NCBI GenBank assembly: GCA_038882975.1
Contig: JAVZNE010000002.1
Location: 160,001-224,000 of the forward strand
Length of the DNA: 64,000 bases
Source: Candidatus Bathyarchaeia archaeon
Lineage (GTDB): Archaea; Thermoproteota; Bathyarchaeia; Bathyarchaeales; Bathycorpusculaceae
Direction of reading: 5' to 3'
Shown: in pieces, positions 57,348-64,000 of the stretch
Position numbering within the stretch: the first letter of the stretch is position 1
How the letters are laid out: the number at the start of each line of letters is the position of its first letter
The notes under the pieces: generated by a model
The model's database searches: none
The model's input: the letters and a program-made list of their open reading frames with translations, nothing else
What the model was told of the DNA's origin: nothing
Translations under genes and position numbers: made by a program

Positions 57348-58502
57348 ATGGCAAGTGAAAAAACGGTATTAACCGGCGTGCATTTCATGAGCGGCGACAT
57401 AGCATGCGCAGAAGGCGCCATCGCAGCCGGTTGCCGATTCTTTGCTGGGTATCCCATAACGCCTGCGACAGAAATAGCTGAACACATAGCAGCTCGAATG
57501 CCAAAGGTTGGCGGAATATACATTCAAATGGAGGACGAAATAGCCTCCATAGCCGCCGTAATAGGTGCGTCCTATGCGGGTTTAAAGGCTATGACAGCCA
57601 CCTCCGGACCTGGCTTTAGCTTGATGCAGGAGAATATAGGCTTGGCAGCCATGACGGAAGCTCCATGCGTTATTGTTGACGTAATGCGGGGAGGCCCCAG
57701 CACTGGGCAACCAACCCTTCCCGGACAGCAGGACGTTATGCAGGCCAAATGGGGTTCTCACGGCGACTATGAAATCATTGCTTTGGCGCCCTCCTCTGTT
57801 CAAGAAATGTTTGACTTGACGATTGAGGCTTTTAACTTAGCTGAGGCTTACCGCGTTCCATCATTGGTGATGGCTGACGAGGTTGTCGCCCACATGTGGG
57901 AAAGAGTAGCGATTCCACCAGCTGAGGAGATAAGGATTGTTAACCGCAAAAAGCCTAACGCGCCACCAGACAAGTATCTGCCCTTTATGCCAGATGACGA
58001 CTTAGTTCCGCCAATGGCCTGTTTTGGCGAGGGCTTCCGTTTCCATGCAACAGGCCTAACTCACGATGAGTATGGCTATCCACGTACTCAAAGCTCAGAG
58101 GCTCAAACAAGACTTGTGCAGAGGCTCTGCGACAAGATTAGGAAGAACGCTGACAAAATAATCCGTGTTGAAGAGCAAATGTTGGAAGATGCTGAAATAG
58201 TGGTTTTTGCTTACGGAATAGTTTCGAGGGCAGCCCTAAGTGCTGTAAGAAAGGCAAGACAGCAGGGTATAAAAGCTGGGCTTATACGCCCAATAACCCT
58301 CTGGCCCTTCCCGGAAAAATATGTAATGAAGGCTGCTGAAAAAGCTAAAGCAATAATTGTTCCGGAAATGAACTGTGGGCAGATGGTGAGGGAAGTTGAA
58401 AGAGCCGCGAAGGGAACGCCTGTTTATCATATACCAAAATTGGGTGAAGAGCCGCACACGCCGATGGAGATTCTCGAATTTATAAGGAGGCATAGCAAAT
58501 GA
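57348..58502 (+). CDS. korA: 2-oxoacid:ferredoxin oxidoreductase alpha subunit
   Basis: YPITPATE, QMEDEIAS, ATSGPGFSL, RGGPSTG, EMNCGQ. Confidence 0.92.
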   Translation: MASEKTVLTGVHFMSGDIACAEGAIAAGCRFFAGYPITPATEIAEHIAARMPKVGGIYIQMEDEIASIAAVIGASYAGLKAMTATSGPGFSLMQENIGLAAMTEAPCVIVDVMRGGPSTGQPTLPGQQDVMQAKWGSHGDYEIIALAPSSVQEMFDLTIEAFNLAEAYRVPSLVMADEVVAHMWERVAIPPAEEIRIVNRKKPNAPPDKYLPFMPDDDLVPPMACFGEGFRFHATGLTHDEYGYPRTQSSEAQTRLVQRLCDKIRKNADKIIRVEEQMLEDAEIVVFAYGIVSRAALSAVRKARQQGIKAGLIRPITLWPFPEKYVMKAAEKAKAIIVPEMNCGQMVREVERAAKGTPVYHIPKLGEEPHTPMEILEFIRRHSK

Positions 58503-59341
58503 CGGAAGCCGTTGAACAGCATCCCCTTTCAAAATATTTGAGAGCTGCCATGATGCCCCACATATGGTGTTCCGGCTGCGGAAATGGCATAATACTCAAC
58601 GCCTTTATACAAGCGCTTGACGAGTTGCAAATAAATCTTGACAAGCTCGTTGTCGTTTCTGGAATAGGCTGTATTGGAAGGGCTGCTGGCTATACGAATG
58701 TGGATTCTTTTCACACGACCCACGGGCGTCCCATAGCCTTTGCAACTGGCGTCAAACTCGCAAATCCAGAGCTGGAAGTTGTTGTTATAAGCGGTGACGG
58801 TGACCTCTTCGCCATAGGGGGAAACCACTTCATCCACGCTGCGCGAAGAAACATTGGAATTAAGGTTATATGCGCCAACAACTTCAACTACGGAATGACT
58901 GGCGGACAAGCTGGACCAACAACACCACTAGACGCCTTTACAACAACAACGCCTTACGGAAACATAGAGCATCCCTTCAATCTGGTTCATTTAGCGGCGG
59001 CAGCCGGCGCCACTTATGTAGCTAGGTGGACAACTCTTCATGTGCGAATGTTAACGATGTCTATTAAGAAACTTTTGCAAAGAAAGGGCTTCTCCTTCAT
59101 AGAGGTTATATCGCCTTGCCCAGAAATCTATGGACGCCGCAACAGAATGCGAACAGGACTTGAAATGATGGAGTGGTTTAAGAAGACGGCAGTAATAGCC
59201 AACTTCTCAGACCCGGCCAAGGCGGAAATAACCTCGGAAAAAATAGTTATCGGCGAATTTGTGGACATTCAAAAACCAACCTATGAGGAGCTGCTCCACA
59301 ATAAAATGGCACAAATAATGAAAGAGGGCGAAGAAGGGTAG
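58499..59341 (+). CDS. korB: 2-oxoacid:ferredoxin oxidoreductase beta subunit
   Basis: WCSGCG, SGIGC, HGR, GDGD, NNFNYGMTGGQ, SPCP. Confidence 0.92.
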   Translation: MTEAVEQHPLSKYLRAAMMPHIWCSGCGNGIILNAFIQALDELQINLDKLVVVSGIGCIGRAAGYTNVDSFHTTHGRPIAFATGVKLANPELEVVVISGDGDLFAIGGNHFIHAARRNIGIKVICANNFNYGMTGGQAGPTTPLDAFTTTTPYGNIEHPFNLVHLAAAAGATYVARWTTLHVRMLTMSIKKLLQRKGFSFIEVISPCPEIYGRRNRMRTGLEMMEWFKKTAVIANFSDPAKAEITSEKIVIGEFVDIQKPTYEELLHNKMAQIMKEGEEG

Positions 59342-59351
59342 GTGGGACACT

Positions 59352-59897
59352 ATGCGTGTTGAAATTAGATTTGCGGGTTTCGGCGGACAAGGAATAATTA
59401 AATCTGGAATCATGGTGGCTACAGCCGCATGCATATACGGCGGAAAACACGCTGTACAAACACAGTCCTATGGACCCGAGTCGCGGGGCGGAGCATGCCG
59501 TTCCGAAGTTGTAATAGCGGACGATGAAATCGACTTTCCAAAAGTCACCGAACCAGACATCTTAGTGGTGATGTCCCAGCACGCCTACAACGAGTATGCG
59601 GAAACCGTGAAGAAAGGAGGAACGATAATCCTTGACCCAGACATGATTCCCAACGAGAGGGAAATTGAAGGCGTAAAAGTTTTCAAGGTTCCAGCCACAA
59701 GAATGGCTGAGGAGCTTGGAAGAAGAATAGTTGCAAATGTCGTCATGCTGGGGGCTTTTGCAGCAATAACGGGGATGGTGGACAAAGAAGCCCTAAAAGA
59801 GTCGATTAAGGCTAATGTACCAAAGGGAACAGAGGAGTTAAACCTAAAAGCCTTTGAAATGGGTTACGGATACGGCAAAAAAGTTGTTGAAGGCTAA
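59352..59897 (+). CDS. korC: 2-oxoacid:ferredoxin oxidoreductase gamma subunit
   Basis: AGFGGQG, QSYGPESRGG, NVVMLGA. Confidence 0.92.
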   Translation: MRVEIRFAGFGGQGIIKSGIMVATAACIYGGKHAVQTQSYGPESRGGACRSEVVIADDEIDFPKVTEPDILVVMSQHAYNEYAETVKKGGTIILDPDMIPNEREIEGVKVFKVPATRMAEELGRRIVANVVMLGAFAAITGMVDKEALKESIKANVPKGTEELNLKAFEMGYGYGKKVVEG

Positions 59898-60511
59898 CCT
59901 TGCTGTTCAACCTTTTGCAGTGGCACTTGTAATTGAGCTACTTGTGTCAGCAGCTTAGACTTTCTAACACCGACATGGCGCAAGGGAACAATTTTCCTTG
60001 CCTCGTTGTAAATGTCTGACGCTATTTTTCCAAGAACCATTTCTTGGACGAACTGGTCCATTGTTAGGGCGGCGCTTTTCTCCCCAACTATTTTCGCCAT
60101 AATTTTGCGTATGACATGCTCTTGTGAGGTCTTTATCCTTGTAAGGGTGAATGCGCAGACCGCTACTCTAAATCTGTAGCCGTCTTTTGTTGAAACGTTG
60201 AAGATTCCATCAACCTTCGTTGTTCTTCGTCTCACAAGGCTTCTAAGGTAGTCCCTCGAGTATTCGTGTCCCTTAAACATGGTGCGGGCTGTTTTGCCCT
60301 CCACTTGTGTTATTTGAAAGTACAATTTCAAGTATTGGTGGGAAAAGTCGCCTGTAATATCGTAAAGGGTTGCCTCCATAACTCTTCCAACGAGTTTTTG
60401 GGGCTCGTCTGCCGGTATCGCGCCTAACTCCACATTTCCAAAGTAGGGCGGAGCAACCACTGTATACCATGTTTTGCTTCGCCACTTATCCCTTACTTTT
60501 TTAGTGGACAA
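59894..60511 (-). CDS. rps3ae: 30S ribosomal protein S3Ae
   Basis: DKWRSKTWY, GRVMEATL, DYLRSLVRR. Confidence 0.96.
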   Translation of the reverse strand: MSTKKVRDKWRSKTWYTVVAPPYFGNVELGAIPADEPQKLVGRVMEATLYDITGDFSHQYLKLYFQITQVEGKTARTMFKGHEYSRDYLRSLVRRRTTKVDGIFNVSTKDGYRFRVAVCAFTLTRIKTSQEHVIRKIMAKIVGEKSAALTMDQFVQEMVLGKIASDIYNEARKIVPLRHVGVRKSKLLTQVAQLQVPLQKVEQQG

Positions 60512-60566
60512 GGCTGACCTCCATCCTTAATAGCGGAGAAAAGTCACATTACGAGGGTATTAAGCT

Positions 60567-61856
60567 TTACCTTTTCGGCTCTATCTTTTCCAAGCCGCCC
60601 ATATACTTTCTTAAAACTTCTGGAATAACCACTGAACCATCCGCTTGCTGATAGTTTTCCAGTATAGCCACAATGGTTCTTCCAGTGGCTAGGGCTGTGG
60701 AGTTAAGTGTATGCACAAAACCTTTTGGCGGCTCACCTTCTTTTTCCCTATACCTAATATTTAATCGCCTAGCTTGATAATCAGTGCAGTTGCTGCATGA
60801 AATTATCTCTCTGTAGGCGTTTTGCGCCGGCATCCAAACCTCAATATCATATTTTTTGGCGGCAACCGTTCCAATGTCGCCAGTGCAGACGTTCACAACG
60901 CGGTATGGCAAGCCGAGCTTTTGGACAAGTTCCTCAGCGTTTCTGATGAGCTCTTCATGGAACTTCCATGAGTCTTCTGGTTTGCAGAATATGAACTGCT
61001 CAACCTTGTTGAATTGATGGGTGCGGAAAATCCCACGGGTGTCTTTGCCATGAGCACCCGCCTCCTTTCTGAAGTTTGGGCTTATACCAACAAATTTTAT
61101 GGGCAAATCTTCAGCTTTCAAAACTTCGTCCATAAACATTGCCGCCATCGGATGCTCAGAAGTTGCGATCAAGTATAGGTCTTCATCTTCAATTTTGTAG
61201 AGGCTGTCTTCGAAGTCGCTGAGGGCTGTGACTCCCTCATAAGGTTTACGCCTCATCATAAAGGGCGGTTCTATGGGAGTGTAACCCTTCCTAACCATCT
61301 CCTCAAGTGCAAAGTTCAACAAGGCAATGTCAAGCAGGACGCCTTCACCTTTAAGGTAAAAGAATCTCGCCCCAGCAATTTTTCCAGCCCTTTCAATGTC
61401 CATTATGTCCAGACTTAAACCAAGCTCAATATGATCTTTAACTGGAAAGTTGAAGCGTGGTATTTCCCCCCATGTCCTCACGGTAACATTGTCATGTTCA
61501 TCCTTACCTATCGGAACAGAATCGTGCAAGAGGTTTGGAAGCCTCATAAGATAGTGGCGAACTTTCTCCTCGTATTCGCCGACCAACTGCTCCAAGTTTG
61601 CTATTTCCTTGTCTATTTCCTTAGCCCTGAGTACCACCGCAGCAGTGTCCATTCCTTTCTTTTTTAAAGATGCAATTTCCATTGTTATGCGGTTTCTCTC
61701 TCGTCGCAAGTCATTAAGCCTTGTTAAGTGCTGGCGCCAAAGCTTATCGCATTCGATCAGCTCATCAAGCATTCTTAAAAATTCAGGCTCGCCTCTTCTC
61801 CGCAAGTTTTCTCTTACAAATTCAGGTTTTTCTCGAATCAACTTTATGTCCAGCAT
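60567..61856 (-). CDS. serS: Seryl-tRNA synthetase (bacterial-type)
   Basis: MLDIKLIR, LIATSEHP, FRKEAG, RTHQFNKVEQ, SCSNCTDYQARRL, HTLNST. Confidence 0.96.
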   Translation of the reverse strand: MLDIKLIREKPEFVRENLRRRGEPEFLRMLDELIECDKLWRQHLTRLNDLRRERNRITMEIASLKKKGMDTAAVVLRAKEIDKEIANLEQLVGEYEEKVRHYLMRLPNLLHDSVPIGKDEHDNVTVRTWGEIPRFNFPVKDHIELGLSLDIMDIERAGKIAGARFFYLKGEGVLLDIALLNFALEEMVRKGYTPIEPPFMMRRKPYEGVTALSDFEDSLYKIEDEDLYLIATSEHPMAAMFMDEVLKAEDLPIKFVGISPNFRKEAGAHGKDTRGIFRTHQFNKVEQFIFCKPEDSWKFHEELIRNAEELVQKLGLPYRVVNVCTGDIGTVAAKKYDIEVWMPAQNAYREIISCSNCTDYQARRLNIRYREKEGEPPKGFVHTLNSTALATGRTIVAILENYQQADGSVVIPEVLRKYMGGLEKIEPKR

Positions 61857-61867
61857 CTTGAAACCAA

Positions 61868-62128
61868 CTATTCAAGTTTCCGCGCAGTTTTTAGAGTTTT
61901 CTCCGCCAATGAAATGGCAAAAAGCAAATCGTCAATCGTTGCAATGAAAGTTTGAAGCTTCCCCCTACATTTTATGTGCGTAATAACGTCTCTGCCTTCC
62001 CTTTTTGTTTCAATAGACAGGCCGAGCGGGGCTTTAAAGTTGTCCGGAGAAACAGCTTTCGCAACCGCTCCGGCGCTTTCAACATCATCATAACTAATTG
62101 TGATTTCAGCTTCCAATCTTCTCCCCAA
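61868..62128 (-). CDS. pcc1: KEOPS complex subunit Pcc1-like
   Basis: AVSPDN, TFIATIDDLL; conserved rps15-DHH-pcc1-rps3ae neighbourhood. Confidence 0.78.
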   Translation of the reverse strand: MGRRLEAEITISYDDVESAGAVAKAVSPDNFKAPLGLSIETKREGRDVITHIKCRGKLQTFIATIDDLLFAISLAEKTLKTARKLE

Positions 62129-63563
62129 CTAGCTGCTTCCCAACAAGTTCGTTGACGAGTTTTATGAAAGTTTCCACATTTTCTATTGGAACTTGGGCAC
62201 CGGCGGCCACATTATGACCTCCACCTTTCCCTAGGCATTTTTCAGCCGCCACTTGCATAACCTCGCCAAGATTTACGCCTTTGTAGGCTACTGTGTCTAT
62301 GGTTCTTGCAGAAACCTTTACGATTCCCTCTTCCTTGACGTCTGCGTAAGCTATTAATGGTTTCTCTGGGTTTGGGAGGCTCGTTGTAAGAATCGACGAG
62401 ATTGCCCCAACAATCTTGTCATCTATAAAATCCTCACCGTAAACAATGTAAATGTTTTCCATCTCCCTTATCCTTTCAGGCTTCTCCATAATCCAGCCCA
62501 AATACCTATTAATTGTCCGCCTATACTCCTCAAGGATTCTGCTGGCTTCCTCTAGGGCAGCTCCTCTATCACCCATGCAAACCGCAACGCCAACGCCAGG
62601 CTTATCCATGCGACCAGCAGCGTTAAGCAGAACAGCAAACTCTCTTCCATCCCTAAGCGGTGTCCAAGGCTCCTCCTTTCTGAGAATGTAGACATGTCCT
62701 ATAAGGTTTGATATTTCATAATGCAGTCCCTTTGAGAGCATGTACTCTGCCAGTGCTGAGCAGAGCCTTCGCTTTTCGTCCTCTGAAAGATCTCTTAAAG
62801 CTCGCCACTTATCGCCATGCTTCGGCTTTATGTCAATACTTGCTAAAAATGCCAAACTTTTATCTTCTTCTCCACTTATGCCCGGAATAAACGGGTTTGT
62901 TGTAGACGCCAAGGTTTTGTGGATTGGGCGGGTTTCTCTACCGAAAAATATCAAGTCCTTCTCAACAGTCAGCAACCCTTGGCTTTTCGCGTCTTCAACT
63001 ATTTTCTCGTTGAGCCCTCCAAGCATTCTTTGGTCATATTTGTCTTGTAGGTCTCCAAGCGCCCCAACAACGGCTATTGGAGCCAAATCCGTATTCACCT
63101 TATCAATTGCTCTAGCCACGAAGTAGGCTAATCCGGCGCTGCTAATGTCTCGCGCTCCATCAATGCCGAACAAGTGGGGGTTAACACATGGAAAATCACC
63201 GCTCAGTTCTCCGCCAAGCTGGTGGTGGTCTAAAACAGCGACCGTTACGTCTTTGGTTTTTTGTCTGAGCAAATTTGCATAATCACTTCCAAGGTCTATA
63301 AAAATAACCATTTGAGGCTTTTCTTGTAGTATTTCTGCCACCAGTTTTTCGTCAACCCACTGGGTTATTCTAATGCGGAATCTGGCGTCAAGTCTGTAAA
63401 GGGCTTTTCCAACAATGCCAGCGGCAGCGACACCGTCAGCATCCAAATGCGAGAAAACATGAATGTAACCACCCTCTTTAACAGCATCCAAAATTGTTTG
63501 GGCAGCATCAGAAACGCTTTCGAAGAATTTTGCAGTTTGTTTTTCGTCCACTCCCATTTCCAT
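62106..63563 (-). CDS. RecJ-like DHH phosphoesterase
   Basis: SHLDADG, DLGS, LDHH, GALGD, GGGHNVAAGA. Confidence 0.9.
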   Translation of the reverse strand: MEMGVDEKQTAKFFESVSDAAQTILDAVKEGGYIHVFSHLDADGVAAAGIVGKALYRLDARFRIRITQWVDEKLVAEILQEKPQMVIFIDLGSDYANLLRQKTKDVTVAVLDHHQLGGELSGDFPCVNPHLFGIDGARDISSAGLAYFVARAIDKVNTDLAPIAVVGALGDLQDKYDQRMLGGLNEKIVEDAKSQGLLTVEKDLIFFGRETRPIHKTLASTTNPFIPGISGEEDKSLAFLASIDIKPKHGDKWRALRDLSEDEKRRLCSALAEYMLSKGLHYEISNLIGHVYILRKEEPWTPLRDGREFAVLLNAAGRMDKPGVGVAVCMGDRGAALEEASRILEEYRRTINRYLGWIMEKPERIREMENIYIVYGEDFIDDKIVGAISSILTTSLPNPEKPLIAYADVKEEGIVKVSARTIDTVAYKGVNLGEVMQVAAEKCLGKGGGHNVAAGAQVPIENVETFIKLVNELVGKQLVGEKIGS

Positions 63564-63623
63564 CACAATGTAATGCGCGATTAGAATTAAGGGCAATTAG
63601 GTTGATGGGCAAGATGTTTAAGT

Positions 63624-64000
63624 TTAGGCTATTGACGCTATTTTCGGCTCGTACTTCCAGTTTGGGGGCAAAACGCCCTCACGCTTATAATATCTCGCAA
63701 GCTTGTGAATTTTCGCCTCCACAAGCTGTAAAGCCCTTTTATTATGCAAGTCCTTCCTATGCTTTTCAAGGTGGGCTGAAAGTCTCGCAGCCTTTCTAAG
63801 CAAGTTTCCAAGGTCTTCCGGTATCGAAGGGGCAAGTTCAGCCTCCTTAAGAATTTGGGTTATGGTCTTACCTGTTAAGGGCTTAACTAATGGAATGGCG
63901 TACTGATCCCTTAAAATTGTTCCTATGCGGCTTGGCGGATGGCCTTCCCTTGCCAGCTTTATGACCAGTGCTTCCACTTCTTCTGGCTGGTATTTGCACC
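63624..64000 (-). CDS. rps15: 30S ribosomal protein S15/S13e (5' end outside the window)
   Basis: IGTILRDQY, PEDLGNL, HRKDLHNKRAL, KIHKLARYYK. Confidence 0.95.
   Translation of the reverse strand, partial: CKYQPEEVEALVIKLAREGHPPSRIGTILRDQYAIPLVKPLTGKTITQILKEAELAPSIPEDLGNLLRKAARLSAHLEKHRKDLHNKRALQLVEAKIHKLARYYKREGVLPPNWKYEPKIASIA

Noticed and set aside
1-64000. CRISPR array, rRNA, IS or transposase
   Set aside because: No regularly spaced repeats, rRNA-like tracts or transposase motifs seen by eye

Overview
Gene-dense archaeal chromosomal segment. The gene content (HdrA-MvhD, Fae-Hps, FBP aldolase/phosphatase, TACK-type informational clusters, non-canonical tRNA introns) is most consistent with Bathyarchaeia; this placement is inferred, not tested. 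It carries several core informational clusters: srp54 3' end-pus10-rpl21e-rpo4-DUF655-rsmA-hemK2; rpl10e-ppsA-dph2-csl4-rpo11; rpl3-4-23-2-rps19; rps6e-eIF2g-PIN-rpo7-spt4-DUF359-rps24e-rps27ae; and rps15-DHH-pcc1-serS-rps3ae. There are three tRNAs (Glu-CTC, plus Gly-TCC and Arg-CCG, both with introns at 29/30), an MFS pseudogene, an IscS/IscU/SufS Fe-S cluster and a Ni/Co ECF module with a NikR-like operator. I saw no CRISPR array, rRNA, transposase or integrase. The most notable items are: (1) Fae-Hps with an N-terminal Fis-like HTH; (2) a Ribophorin I/Ost1-like membrane protein; (3) an operon of an HdrC-GltD chimera, HdrA-MvhD and a 2-oxoacid:ferredoxin oxidoreductase, with no hdrB or hydrogenase; (4) a KaiC-like ATPase coupled to a catalytically intact stand-alone AEP primase/polymerase; and (5) a stand-alone SRA-like domain. 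All calls come from motif recognition by eye; no searches were run.
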